A DNA stretch of 64,000 nucleotides from Pelagomonas calceolata (lineage: Eukaryota), in assembly GCA_918797485.1 (NCBI GenBank), contig CAKKNE010000002.1, positions 434,001 to 498,000 of the forward strand, read 5' to 3'. Both the position numbers and the translations under genes were made by a program. Within the stretch, counting starts at the first letter, position 1. The number at the start of each line of letters is the position of its first letter. Of this stretch, positions 37,268-47,613 are shown one piece after another. Under the pieces are notes generated by a model. That model made no database searches, was not told the origin of the DNA, and saw nothing but the letters and a program-made list of their open reading frames with translations.

Positions 37268-37290
37268 CTAGTGTGTCTTACAACCGCTAG
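37268..37290 (+). promoter_or_regulatory. 22-bp upstream element (23-bp variant)
   Basis: ctagtgtgtcttacaaccgctag, 128 bp upstream of ATG 37418. Confidence 0.6.
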
Positions 37291-37417
37291 CCTCGGCACA
37301 CGTCGGTCGTTTTAGCCTATGGCTCGGCTAGGCTCGACTAGTTAAGCCATACGATAGGATGAGGGTGCTCCCATAAGTCCGCTGCTCCTTGGCGCTGCGT
37401 GTGACAGTCCCGCCGGC

Positions 37418-39244
37418 ATGCGGCACCTCGCCCTGACCGCGCTGGCCGCTCTGGCCGCGGCATCCTCACCGGGCGGCCCGGACGACGCCGAGGCCGCGCT
37501 GCGCAACCTCTTAACGTCGCTCCGGCCCGTCTACAGCAAGTGGAAGGAAGCCGAGACGCCGGAACAACAACCGCCGGCGCCGCCCGCGGTCGGCGCTGCG
37601 CCGTGGGTCCGGGCGGCGACGGACCTGCGCGACGCGACGCCCGCCGACGTCGCGCTCGCGGCGCTCGGCGGCGCGGCGCGGCGGCCGGAGCGGCGGCCGG
37701 AGCGACGGCGCCCCAATGCGCCGAAGAGGCCACCACCCGCGGCCGCTCAGCCCGCGGCTGCGCCCGCCGCCGACCAGGCGCAGCCGAGGCCACCGCCCGC
37801 GGCGGCACAGCCACCGCCCGTAGCGTTAGCGGCTCAGCCGCCGCCGGCCTTCGCGGCGGCGGCCGCCGCCTGGACCGCGGCACACGGCAAGGGCGCCTTC
37901 TACGCGCGCGACGGCGAGGTCCTCGAGGAGCCCATACAACAACAGGAGCGGCGCGGTTTCTGGCGGCCCCACGCGCACGTCCAGCAGCCCCCTCCCAAAA
38001 GTTACTTGGCGGCCGGCGCCCCGGCAAGACCTCCTCAAGTCGAGGAGCTCCACAACAAGCTCAAGCAGTTCGACGAGGCGGGCGTCATGGGCGCCGTCTA
38101 TAGAGGAGGCGCCTGCCTCTTCGCCTGCGGGGTGCTGGCTTTCTGTAGCGTGGCGCAGCCCGACCGGCTGACGAACGCCGCCTACAATCTGAGGTATAAG
38201 GAGACGCTCGGCCGCATCTTGTTGTGTTTTGCGCCGTCGGCACTCCTCTTCCTCGTCGTCTTCTCGCCGAAGCGAGCTACAGTAGGAGACGCCGCCAGGG
38301 CCTTCCACGCGGCGTTCTTCCCCGCGTTTATTGGCTGCGCGGCGTGCGAGGTGCTCGTCTCGTCAGCCGTGTGGTATTATGTGCTGGAGCGCCTCGAGCC
38401 CGCTGCTTTAGATGTGGTGCGGGCCCTGGACGACTGCCCGGCGCGCTTCGCGCACGTCTTGAAGAACTTCCGCGTTCCGATAAAAAGGCGGTCGCAGATC
38501 ATCTCCGAATGTCTGGTATCGTGCGTCGCGGCACCTCTACTCGAGGAGTCGGCCAAGCTCTGGGCCTGCCGCCGGGCGACATCATTAAGGGAGGCGGCGC
38601 CGGATAGAGGTAGGCAGCGAATGCGACAGAGACGGCGCCAGTGGATGGCCGACACGAATGATCGCATCGACGACTTCGGGGCCCTGGACGAGCCGCCCCA
38701 CGTCCATTGCTACCTGACGCACTGCCTCGCGGCCGCGGTCGGCTTCAAGTTCGTGGACGCCGCGCGCCGCGTCTGCGTTTATACGCGACCTAGGCATCCC
38801 CAGAAGACGTTTTTCGCCGTGATACGGGGCGTCGTGCCGATTCATGAGTTGTGCGGCGCGCTGACGGCGTCGAGATTAGCAAGACGCGACGCGGCCGCGG
38901 CCTTCAACCGGCGCCGGCCGCGCGGTGTCAAAAGGAGGCGCGTGCCGTCCGCGTTGATGGTCATCGCGCCGGCGGCCATCCTCAGAGCGCTGGCGAATTT
39001 TAGAGGGTGCAAGCCGGTGTTCAAGTGGGAGTCGAACCAGCCCTGGGTCGAGTTGCAATTACAAGCCTGGAACCAGCCGGACGACGCGACGTGGGACCGG
39101 GTCCTTTTTAAATCTGTGGCGTCGTTCGGCTGGTGGCTCATGCTGGCGCGCGTTTTAGCTTATGCTTGCTCGGACTACTATCGGGTCGAGGCGGAGCGCG
39201 AGGTGCTTCGCATCCCGGCGCCGGTCGTGAGACGCGCGAAGTAA
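37418..39244 (+). CDS. Membrane protein with degenerate PrsW-like intramembrane protease motifs
   Basis: Signal peptide, multiple TM helices, APLLEESAK (EExxK), AAAVGFKFVD, PIHEL, AILRALAN. Confidence 0.55.
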   Translation: MRHLALTALAALAAASSPGGPDDAEAALRNLLTSLRPVYSKWKEAETPEQQPPAPPAVGAAPWVRAATDLRDATPADVALAALGGAARRPERRPERRRPNAPKRPPPAAAQPAAAPAADQAQPRPPPAAAQPPPVALAAQPPPAFAAAAAAWTAAHGKGAFYARDGEVLEEPIQQQERRGFWRPHAHVQQPPPKSYLAAGAPARPPQVEELHNKLKQFDEAGVMGAVYRGGACLFACGVLAFCSVAQPDRLTNAAYNLRYKETLGRILLCFAPSALLFLVVFSPKRATVGDAARAFHAAFFPAFIGCAACEVLVSSAVWYYVLERLEPAALDVVRALDDCPARFAHVLKNFRVPIKRRSQIISECLVSCVAAPLLEESAKLWACRRATSLREAAPDRGRQRMRQRRRQWMADTNDRIDDFGALDEPPHVHCYLTHCLAAAVGFKFVDAARRVCVYTRPRHPQKTFFAVIRGVVPIHELCGALTASRLARRDAAAAFNRRRPRGVKRRRVPSALMVIAPAAILRALANFRGCKPVFKWESNQPWVELQLQAWNQPDDATWDRVLFKSVASFGWWLMLARVLAYACSDYYRVEAEREVLRIPAPVVRRAK

Positions 39245-39348
39245 TTGTTTGTTGTACATGCCCAGTACTATCTCATATCACAGGACAGTTACAAAAGCTA
39301 GCTCGCCCCGCATAGCATACGACGGCATCCCCGCGGGCCGCGTCGAGA

Positions 39349-41433
39349 TCACACGAAAAACTCGACGGCGATGAACAGCACGCACGCGTAGAGCAAAGGT
39401 AGACGCCACAGGAACGAGGGCCTTCCCAAATTTTTGACGAGGAAGCCGCCCTCCTCCACCAAAACGTAGCCCAGCTTGCGGTAGTAGTCCCGCGTGCCGA
39501 TGCCCGAAATCACGGCGACCTTTCTAAAGCCCGCGTCCGCCGCGATGCGTTCGGCGTCGGCCATGAGGCGTCGTCCGAACCCCGAGTGCTGCTGCGCCGC
39601 GGCCCCGCCGAAGCTCTTCCCCTCGAGCGCGGGCCGCAGCTGGCCGTAGACGTGGAGCTCGCGGATCAACGCACAACCTTCTAAGGATGAAAAGGCGCCG
39701 GCGCCCGCGTTCGCTGAGAGCCTTAAACGAACAAACCCGAAGATCGTCGCCTCGTCGGGCGTCTCGAAACTTAAAAAGTGCTCCTCTCCATTCGAAGCGG
39801 CGTAGGTCCTCCTTATGAGAACCGCCTTCTCGGCGAGCTTCTCCGACGCGCGCCGCGCGAGGACGCCGTCGCGCGATGCTCTAGATCTTTCTTTATATTT
39901 TTGAGCCTCCTTCTCGCCGCCCTTCTTCCGAGCCTCTCGACATTTGCGCGTGTCCCAGCCGCGCTCCGACTTCGTCTTGAACTCCTTGTTATTCTTGATT
40001 TGCTGGAAACCGCTGATGTCGCCGACCTCCCTACATCTTATGCAGCGACAGACCTTGCCTTGCCTACGCATCTCCGCCAAGATTTCTTCCCGCATGTTCG
40101 GCGCGTCGACGCCGCCCAGGATATAGTTCGACGGGATATCTCGCACGACCCTATTCAGCCGGATCCAGGGGTGGACCTTGGCTTTGGCATCAATGAGCAA
40201 TTGTTTCAACTCCGGCTCCGGATAAGGAATATATTTACCTTTGTCGTACCACTGCTTGATAATGGTCCAGGGCGTAATCTCGCAGGGATAAATTTTCCAC
40301 TGGTCCGCTTGTAAGGATGGGTCGTACAACATGCTATCGAACATGGCCATGTCTTTCTCTATAGTAGCACCGGGTAAATTGGGCATCAAATGGACGTCTA
40401 CCTTGTAGCAGGCGTCCTTCAATAATCTTAACGAAGTCTCGACGGCCTTCCGACCGTGTCCTCTATTGACCTTCTTTAGTATTTGATCATCCACGTGCTG
40501 CACGCCGAGCTGCACGCGCGTGCAACCATATGAACGTAGCCGTCGCACCTCGTCGACCGTGATGGTATCAGGTCTGGTTTCTAAAGTAAGACCAATAATC
40601 TTGGATTTTGCGGTCTCATTTTCCGTCTGTTCGGCTAACAAACTTTTTCGAGGCCGTTTGACCCGGTCCCAGAACGTGTTCGCCGCGTAGTACAAATCTC
40701 TACAAAACGCCTCCCGATAATCCAGAGGGTACGACGCCCACGTCCCACCTAGAACTAGGAGTTCAACCTTGTCTACCGGGTGGCCGTTCTGCGCGAGCGT
40801 GGCGCATCTCTCGGTAAATTGCATGACCGCGTCGAACTTGTTCTGGTTCGCTCTTAGTACAGCAGGCTCGTCTCGCAAGTAACTTCTAGGTTGACCGGGC
40901 TCGTCCGGACAATAGTAGCAGTTCCACTTGCAGGAGAAGGGCTGGGGCTCCTTGCCGTCCACGGACGGGTAGGGGCTCGTCAGCACCGTGACCACCAGCA
41001 CGCCGGACTGCGACTTCGAGGCCTTCGTCGTGAGCGCTTCCTCGAGGCTTCTTGAAGGCTTCACCTCGTTTCGATTCACCAAACCGCGGTAGGCATGCAA
41101 GAGCTGGCTCTTGCGCGGGCCCATCTTGTACTTCTTTCGTAGTGGCGCTAAAGCTTTATTGAGGTCGCGGTCGGACCGCGGGTCCGCCTCCAGCAGCGCG
41201 CGGGCCATGGCCTCCAAGGCCGGCAGGTCTTTTTCGTCGACGATGGCCTCCCACCTTTTATAAATGTCGTCCACGCTCGTGTTCTCGTAGTGCAGGGCGC
41301 GCTCCATCTCGAAGGGCTGGTGGCTGTAGTCGATCTGGTCCGGCACGCCGGGCAGGGACTCGATGTCCGCGATCTTGCTGGCGCAGCGCGGCTCCTCGCC
41401 CATCATCTTTGCGGTGGCGGTGGCGCAAGCCAT
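39349..41433 (-). CDS. ELP3-like radical SAM + GNAT tRNA acetyltransferase with C-terminal TM tail
   Basis: CKWNCYYCP, LVLGGTW, GLTLETRPD, RVQLGVQ, HLMPNLPG, RCIRCREV, IRELHVYG, QHSGFGRRLM, VISGIGTRDYYRKLGY. Confidence 0.92.
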   Translation of the reverse strand: MACATATAKMMGEEPRCASKIADIESLPGVPDQIDYSHQPFEMERALHYENTSVDDIYKRWEAIVDEKDLPALEAMARALLEADPRSDRDLNKALAPLRKKYKMGPRKSQLLHAYRGLVNRNEVKPSRSLEEALTTKASKSQSGVLVVTVLTSPYPSVDGKEPQPFSCKWNCYYCPDEPGQPRSYLRDEPAVLRANQNKFDAVMQFTERCATLAQNGHPVDKVELLVLGGTWASYPLDYREAFCRDLYYAANTFWDRVKRPRKSLLAEQTENETAKSKIIGLTLETRPDTITVDEVRRLRSYGCTRVQLGVQHVDDQILKKVNRGHGRKAVETSLRLLKDACYKVDVHLMPNLPGATIEKDMAMFDSMLYDPSLQADQWKIYPCEITPWTIIKQWYDKGKYIPYPEPELKQLLIDAKAKVHPWIRLNRVVRDIPSNYILGGVDAPNMREEILAEMRRQGKVCRCIRCREVGDISGFQQIKNNKEFKTKSERGWDTRKCREARKKGGEKEAQKYKERSRASRDGVLARRASEKLAEKAVLIRRTYAASNGEEHFLSFETPDEATIFGFVRLRLSANAGAGAFSSLEGCALIRELHVYGQLRPALEGKSFGGAAAQQHSGFGRRLMADAERIAADAGFRKVAVISGIGTRDYYRKLGYVLVEEGGFLVKNLGRPSFLWRLPLLYACVLFIAVEFFV

Positions 41434-41605
41434 TGCTGCAGCTGCTCTGCTGAATTAGCTTGCTGCCTTCGCGTCTTCTGCAATTTCACGCAGCACTCGC
41501 GCCTCTACCGATGCGTAGAGATTATACGCCGTTTCTAGCGTCCTGCACGCTCGGCAGCTTCTTTATCGCTCGCAGAGCTTGCTTTTTGCCAGAGCAATAA
41601 AGCGC

Positions 41606-41627
41606 CTAGCGGCATGTAAGACACTAG
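41606..41627 (-). promoter_or_regulatory. 22-bp upstream element (consensus copy)
   Basis: + strand ctagcggcatgtaagacactag, 173 bp upstream of the ELP3 ATG. Confidence 0.68.
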
Positions 41628-41643
41628 CATGGAGAATTCCTTA

Positions 41644-43680
41644 CTACGACCGCCTCCCCCGCGTCCGCAGCCGTTCGTCGGCCGCCGCGTACGCCTCGGC
41701 GTCCGCTCGCGACACCGACGGCGCGACGCGCCCCAGCGCCCCGACGAAGTTCGCCTGCGTCAGCGCCGCCGCGCCCGCGTCCAGCGCCGCGAGGCCCGCG
41801 TCGCGCACGACCGCCGCGAGGTCCGCGCCGGAGAAGCCCTCCGCGCGCGCGTCGCGGCCGATTATGTCAAGGTCGACGTCTTCAGATAGAGTCGCCCGGC
41901 GCGTCGCCGCCTTCAGGATGGCCACGCGGTCGTCCGGGGATGGTAAAGGCACGTAGAGCAGCTTGTCGACGCGGCCGGGCCGCAGCACGGCCGGATCCAC
42001 GAGCTCGGGCCGGTTCGTCGCCGCCACCACATAAACGCGGCCCCTTGACTCGAGCCCATCCAACTCCGTGAGCAGCTGGTTAACCACCCTATCCGTGACG
42101 CCGCTCGCCTCCGACGACGTCCCGCTGGACACGCCGAGCGGCCCGCCGCCGCGGCGCGGCGCGAGGGCGTCGATCTCGTCGAAGAGTATAATGCACGGCG
42201 CCGACGCGCGCGCGCGCGCGAATAATGAACGCACGGCTCTTTCGGATTCTCCCACATATTTATCCAGCAACTCGGGCCCTTTCACGGATATAAAATTGGC
42301 GGCGGCCGCCGCCGCGACGGCGCGCGCCACCAAAGTCTTGCCGCAGCCGGGCGGCCCGTACAACAAAACGCCGGACGGCAGCGGCACGCCGAGGGCTTCG
42401 AACCGTTTCGGGTCGCGGATCGGAGCTAATATCGAGGCCCGTAAAGCTTCCCGCACGTCGTTAATGCCACCAACATCTAAGTTCCAGTCGACCTCCGGCC
42501 GCTTCGCGAAGCCGCTCCGCATGAAGGACGGCGCGACACTCGAAAGGGCCGCCTCCACATCGGCTTGCGAGACGCCGTCCACCACACCGCCCCGTCTCAC
42601 GCAGCCCGCGCCGGCGGCGTTCGCGAGCTGGATGATATCGGCCCCGGCCCAGCCGGGGCACTTCTGGGCGATCCCATCAACGTCGATGGCTCCGGACCGC
42701 CGCGCGGGCAGGTGCCTCTCGAGCAGCGCGGCGCGCGCTTCTTTATCGGGCGCACCCACTCCGACCTCGCGCTCGAAGCGCCCGAAGCGCCTCAATCTCG
42801 CGTCCACGGCGTCGGCCTCGCGTGACGTCGCCACGACCACGACGACGGCCGCGTCTCCATTCTTGGTCGACGGCAGCGCGTCCAACAAGCCACATAAACG
42901 GCTCGACAGGCGCCGCGCGTGCGTCTCGCCGCCCTTTTTATCAGATCCGGTCCCGAGCAGCGCGTCCAAATCATCCAGCAGCACTAACGCCGGCGCAGCT
43001 GATCGGGCGCTCTCCAACAACAGGGCGAGCTGCTGCTCGGCCTCGGGGCCACTTCCCAAATCGGGCGCGGCGACCTCGAAGTAGGCCAGGCCCGGCACGT
43101 CGGCGGCGGCGCTCCCCGCGACGCTCCGACCCAGAAACGTCTTGCCGCAGCCCGGCGGGCCGTGCACTAATACACCTCTTGGTCCGTCGACGCCGAGCTC
43201 CGCGTAGCTCCGCGCGTGCGCGAGCGGCTCGACGACGGCCTCGCGCATCGCCGCGACGGCGGCCTCAGCACCCAAGACGTCCTCGAGGCGCTCGGCCGGC
43301 GCCGGCGCGCGCGCGGCCTCCGCGGCGCCGGCGGCCGCGGGCGCCGCGCCGCCCGCGCGCGGCGAGGCGCGCCGCCGCGCGCCGCCGCCGCCGCCGCCGC
43401 GCGTCTGCGCCGCGTAGGCGCCGCGGAGGCCGTCGTTCATCGAGGCCGCGGGCGCGCCGTTCGCGCGCGCGCGCTTCGGCCGCGGCGACGCGACGGCGAG
43501 CGCCTCGCGCACGGCCGTGCGCAGCGGCCCCACCGGCCGCCGCCCGTACTCCGGATGCGCGCGGATCAGGGTCTGCACCGCCGCCGAGGGGTCCGTCGTG
43601 CCGTCGACCTCGCCCGCCGCGAGCAGCCGGCCGAGGCAGTGCTTCAGTTTTTGTGCGTCGGCGTCGTGGTGTGTGCTCAT
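41644..43680 (-). CDS. Double AAA+ ATPase, NVL/Rix7-like (CDC48 family)
   Basis: Two Walker A motifs (GPPGCGKT), NFISVKGPELLDKYVGESERAVR, RVVNQLLTELDG, N-terminal HPEYGRRP. Confidence 0.85.
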   Translation of the reverse strand: MSTHHDADAQKLKHCLGRLLAAGEVDGTTDPSAAVQTLIRAHPEYGRRPVGPLRTAVREALAVASPRPKRARANGAPAASMNDGLRGAYAAQTRGGGGGGARRRASPRAGGAAPAAAGAAEAARAPAPAERLEDVLGAEAAVAAMREAVVEPLAHARSYAELGVDGPRGVLVHGPPGCGKTFLGRSVAGSAAADVPGLAYFEVAAPDLGSGPEAEQQLALLLESARSAAPALVLLDDLDALLGTGSDKKGGETHARRLSSRLCGLLDALPSTKNGDAAVVVVVATSREADAVDARLRRFGRFEREVGVGAPDKEARAALLERHLPARRSGAIDVDGIAQKCPGWAGADIIQLANAAGAGCVRRGGVVDGVSQADVEAALSSVAPSFMRSGFAKRPEVDWNLDVGGINDVREALRASILAPIRDPKRFEALGVPLPSGVLLYGPPGCGKTLVARAVAAAAAANFISVKGPELLDKYVGESERAVRSLFARARASAPCIILFDEIDALAPRRGGGPLGVSSGTSSEASGVTDRVVNQLLTELDGLESRGRVYVVAATNRPELVDPAVLRPGRVDKLLYVPLPSPDDRVAILKAATRRATLSEDVDLDIIGRDARAEGFSGADLAAVVRDAGLAALDAGAAALTQANFVGALGRVAPSVSRADAEAYAAADERLRTRGRRS

Positions 43681-43937
43681 TTTTTTTTTCCGCAGCCTTG
43701 CTGTGAATCTGCGTCGCACGCTTTTTCAGCCTTTACTGTGAGTCTGCGTCCAACGCGTGCGCAACAGGGATGCACGCTCTGCACTGCAGAGGTGCCGGTG
43801 CACTCTCAGATGTCAGCAAACCGGATGTACTGCAGAACCCGGCACTCGCTTCAGTCAACACAGTGATGGCTGAGGTAAGGTATTACAGCTCTATCGCTCC
43901 CTGCGCTTGCTTTTTTGCTCCTTGCGCCTAGCGGAAG

Positions 43938-43959
43938 CTAGCGGCATGTAACACACTAG
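43938..43959 (-). promoter_or_regulatory. 22-bp upstream element
   Basis: + strand ctagcggcatgtaacacactag, preceded by a partial ctagcgg copy, between divergent genes. Confidence 0.65.
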
Positions 43960-44057
43960 AAAGAGCCGACGCGGCCGAATTCTTCCTAAACGGTCCGGAA
44001 CGGCCTCGGACCAAACGCAATCCATCATCCCAGCCCCGGGGCAGCCTCCCAACAACA

Positions 44058-45053
44058 ATGCGCCGCTCGGGCTCCACGAATGGCGACGTCACGGTGGCCA
44101 GCGTCGAGATGAACGCGATGCACGCCGACAGAGATGAAGTAAAGGAGGCTGAGGACACGGGCATGCGGGCCCTCGGCTACGGCGGCCGCCCCGACGACGA
44201 GCCGATGCCGGCCTGCCACGCCACGGCGACGACGAGAATCGTCGCGGCCGCGTGCTACGTTTTTGCTACCTTCTTAATGTTTTATTTGATAGAGATGACG
44301 CGCAACTATGATGATAAGGGCGAAGTAGTACCGTGGCTCGTAATCACGTTGCTCTGCTACGTCGTCGTGGCCGTGTCGGACCCCGGCTTCGCGGACTCCA
44401 AAGACATACCACCAAAGGACGAGGACTACGTGGCCCGAAGGCAGAAGGTCGTCGACTTCCTCGAGGAGGGCCACGACGGCAGTACCCTCTTACCCTGGCC
44501 CGACTGGCCGCCCATGCGCTGCGCCTACTGCGCACCCACCAAACGCTGGGTCTACGGCTACGACCACTACTGCCCGCTCGTCGGCAATGCGGTGGGAGAG
44601 CGCAACCGGCCGCGCTTCTTCCTCCTACTCCTCGCCCAGACGATCCTCAACTCCAAGGCGGCCTTCACGATGGAGGCGGCCGTCGCGTGGCGCGACGTGT
44701 CGGGGGGGCGCGAGCGGGCCCTGGCGCTGTTTTTGGTGCTGGCCTTGCTTTTCGTCGTGTCGTTCTGCTTCCTGGTCTTCCACGCCTTCCTCGCGCTGAC
44801 GAACATGACGACGCACGAGTTTTTGAAGGCGGATTCCTTAGATTACCTCCACAACACGGAAGACTTCGACCTCCCCTTCTCGCGGGGCTTTTTGGGGAAC
44901 CTGCGCGTCTACGTCGGCCAGGACGGCACCTGGGCCTTTCTGAGAAGGCGGCCCTGGGCGCACGTGAAGTGGACGCGCCCGGCGCGCGTCGACCGCGACT
45001 CCGAGGACTGGTGGCGGAACCCCTGGCAGAACAAGTACTGGTCCTGCTGCTGA
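44058..45053 (+). CDS. DHHC-family palmitoyltransferase (DHYC variant)
   Basis: SDPG, YDHYCPLVGNAVGERNRPRF, TNMTTHEF, PFSRG..GNL; four TM helices. Confidence 0.9.
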   Translation: MRRSGSTNGDVTVASVEMNAMHADRDEVKEAEDTGMRALGYGGRPDDEPMPACHATATTRIVAAACYVFATFLMFYLIEMTRNYDDKGEVVPWLVITLLCYVVVAVSDPGFADSKDIPPKDEDYVARRQKVVDFLEEGHDGSTLLPWPDWPPMRCAYCAPTKRWVYGYDHYCPLVGNAVGERNRPRFFLLLLAQTILNSKAAFTMEAAVAWRDVSGGRERALALFLVLALLFVVSFCFLVFHAFLALTNMTTHEFLKADSLDYLHNTEDFDLPFSRGFLGNLRVYVGQDGTWAFLRRRPWAHVKWTRPARVDRDSEDWWRNPWQNKYWSCC

Positions 45054-45079
45054 GTAATCCACCCGTTTGCTTTACACGC

Positions 45080-47020
45080 CTACTTCACCACGGCGTCGAA
45101 GATCTGGCGCAGCGTGTCTCTGTCGTCGGACGACGCCGACGCGACAGGTTTTTCATCATCGTCCTCGTCCGCATCGTCGTCCTCCTCTTCAACATCAGGG
45201 AGGTCGTCGAGCCACCGTTTTACGGTAGCCTCGCGGTCGAGCAGCAACTCGAGCGGCAGCGCCGGAATGGATCCAGTCCGCTTCTGGATCGTGTGCAGCG
45301 CCGCCGCGAGACTAGCATCGTCGAGGAGCGGCGCGCAGAGCCCGCGCACCGACCGCTCGGGGTGCGCCTTCGCCTCGGCCATCAGGAAATCCACCAACGA
45401 GTCGCCGAGCGTGACGTTGAGCGAATGCCGCGCGAAAAACTCGGCCTCGACGCGCGCCGCGTCAGCTTTTCGCACGTCGTCGCGCGCGCCGTCGACGCCC
45501 TCCAACAATCTGTCTAAAGTCGCGCGCGGGTTCTCCACCGTCGCCGCGTCGCAGTGGAGCTCCGTGATGCCGGCGCACGGTAATTCATATTTGAACTCGC
45601 GGAAGGTCCTTTCTAAAACCGTCACGAGGCCGCGCGCGCCCGTCTTTTCGTCCGCGGCCTTCTTTGCTATCACAGCAATAGCGTCGCGCGACACCGTCAG
45701 GTCCACCCCGTACCCCTCGAAGTCGCGCTCGTACTGGCGCAGCACGCTCCCTTCCGACTGCAACAACACGAGTTCCAGGTCGCGCGCGCCCAAAGGATCA
45801 ACAGCCACTCTAACAGGAATCCGGCCGATGAACTCCGTCTCGAGGCCCGCGTCGACGAAATCCGCCGACGTCGCCTGCTTCAAGTAACTTTTTGGGACAT
45901 CATCGTCTTCTTCCTCATCATCATGCCCCCCTCCAAGAAAGCCCATGTTCTTGGGCACGTGCTTCTGCTTCAACCTTTCATCAAGACCCGTGAATGCCCC
46001 CGAAAAGATGAACAGCACATGTTTGGTAGAAATGCGCTGCGGCGCCGCATCCCCGCCCCCGAGAAAGATCTGGGGGATCATGCCCGACTGCTTCTGGATG
46101 GAAATCTCAGTCTCCTCCATAACCTTCAAAAACGTGTTCTGCACGCCTCTATTACCAGGTACTCCCTGACTTCCAGAAGTGGGCCCCTGCTCTCCTCTGC
46201 AAAGCTTGTCTACTTCATCAACATAGATGATGCCGTACTGCGCGAGCTCCACATCGCCGTCGGCCTGCTCGACAAGCTGTCTGACCAAGTCTTCGGCGTC
46301 CTCGCCGACAATACCCGTCTCCGTGAACTTTGTGGCGTCCGCCCTGACGAAGGGCACGCCTAACAATCTAGCTAAGGTGCGCATGATGTAGGTCTTCCCA
46401 GAACCAGAAGGACCTAACAATAAAATATTTGGCTTCGAGTATTCGGCCTTTTTTTCATTTTCATCTGCTAAACACCTCCTCACGACATTGTAGTGGTCGC
46501 AGACTGCGACACTGAGAACTTTCTTCGCGTCGGCCTGCCTTACGACGTACCGATCCAGATGTTCGCGCACCTCCCGAGGTCTCAGATCGAAGCGCGCTAT
46601 CCTAGATAAAGCTTCGGACTTGTCCTTGGCCTTCTTCTGCTTCCGCTTCCTATCTCCTAACACGACGAACGGCTGGTCGTCGTCGTCCTCGTCCTCGTCA
46701 CTATCAGTCTTCTCCAACGTCACCTCCTCGTCCTCGTTGCCGAACAAGAAGAGACTAGCGGCGCCGTCCTCGTTCGTACTGATGACGCCCTCGGCCTTGC
46801 CGTCCCGTAACCGCGACCGCGCGATGGCTTCCACGATCTGCGACTGGAGCTCGTCGGGCAGCGAGTCGAGGCCGATGACGGCGTCGTCTCCTTCATTCTC
46901 GTCGCCGTCGTCGTTGGCCTCGGCGCGGTGGGCGCGCGGCGTCGTGACTGGCCGCGCGCCGAGGAAGGCCGCGGCGGCGTGGCAGCAGAGCAGCACGCTC
47001 ACTGCGCGCCGCCGTCGCAT
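45080..47020 (-). CDS. clpX: ClpX-like AAA+ ATPase with a bipartite plastid-targeting-like presequence
   Basis: NILLLGPSGSGKT, ADATKFTETG, IIYVDEVDK, VLFIFSGAF, EFIGRIPV, KTGARGL; signal peptide ending AAAF. Confidence 0.85.
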   Translation of the reverse strand: MRRRRAVSVLLCCHAAAAFLGARPVTTPRAHRAEANDDGDENEGDDAVIGLDSLPDELQSQIVEAIARSRLRDGKAEGVISTNEDGAASLFLFGNEDEEVTLEKTDSDEDEDDDDQPFVVLGDRKRKQKKAKDKSEALSRIARFDLRPREVREHLDRYVVRQADAKKVLSVAVCDHYNVVRRCLADENEKKAEYSKPNILLLGPSGSGKTYIMRTLARLLGVPFVRADATKFTETGIVGEDAEDLVRQLVEQADGDVELAQYGIIYVDEVDKLCRGEQGPTSGSQGVPGNRGVQNTFLKVMEETEISIQKQSGMIPQIFLGGGDAAPQRISTKHVLFIFSGAFTGLDERLKQKHVPKNMGFLGGGHDDEEEDDDVPKSYLKQATSADFVDAGLETEFIGRIPVRVAVDPLGARDLELVLLQSEGSVLRQYERDFEGYGVDLTVSRDAIAVIAKKAADEKTGARGLVTVLERTFREFKYELPCAGITELHCDAATVENPRATLDRLLEGVDGARDDVRKADAARVEAEFFARHSLNVTLGDSLVDFLMAEAKAHPERSVRGLCAPLLDDASLAAALHTIQKRTGSIPALPLELLLDREATVKRWLDDLPDVEEEDDDADEDDDEKPVASASSDDRDTLRQIFDAVVK

Positions 47021-47613
47021 CGCTGTAGGTCTTCTAGTGCGGCTTAGCGCTTGTCTGATGTACTGAGAGCCCCAATATATCGCCGCGGCTAAACGGTACT
47101 GTCCCGCGGACTTGGCGCTTGCTTGACACACTCGACACACTCCTGAAGAGCTCCAATATCGCTCTGTGGGCTTATGACTGAGTCCAGTATTCGTGTCGCG
47201 CAGCGCGCGGGTGTCTTTGGATAAGCTGCGACGTCCAAAAACTCGGAACTATCGCTTCGCGGCGACGCGCACTGATCATCAATTGCGGCAGACAGCAGAC
47301 TCGGGCTGTGCAGGGGGCGCAAGTGCCAAGAGCACCACGGACGGCTCAGCCAGAAGCTTGCGAGGAATGGCAGACGTCTTCGCGCGGAAAATCGACAAAT
47401 CTCGAGCCCGCGGCTTTGCTGGAGGCGCTGACAGACCGCGCGACCCAGGCCGCATTTAAGGGAGTGAAGGGCCGTCTCGCAAGGGGCAGCCCGCTGAACG
47501 GGTTCGGACCGCCCACCTCCCGGCGCCGACGAAGGGACCCGGCGCCCGGCGCCCCTCCACGGCCCCAGAGATCAGACCCGGAGAGGCAGCCTCGGCGAGG
47601 CGCGGTCGGGAGC

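Noticed and set aside
39700..41200. Lower-GC stretch in the ELP3-like gene as foreign DNA
   Set aside because: The ORF is continuous, and similar AT-richer synonymous patches occur inside TRM1, the aminopeptidase and ClpX.
44550..44580. DHYC instead of DHHC as a sign of inactivation
   Set aside because: DHYC is a known active variant (yeast Akr1).
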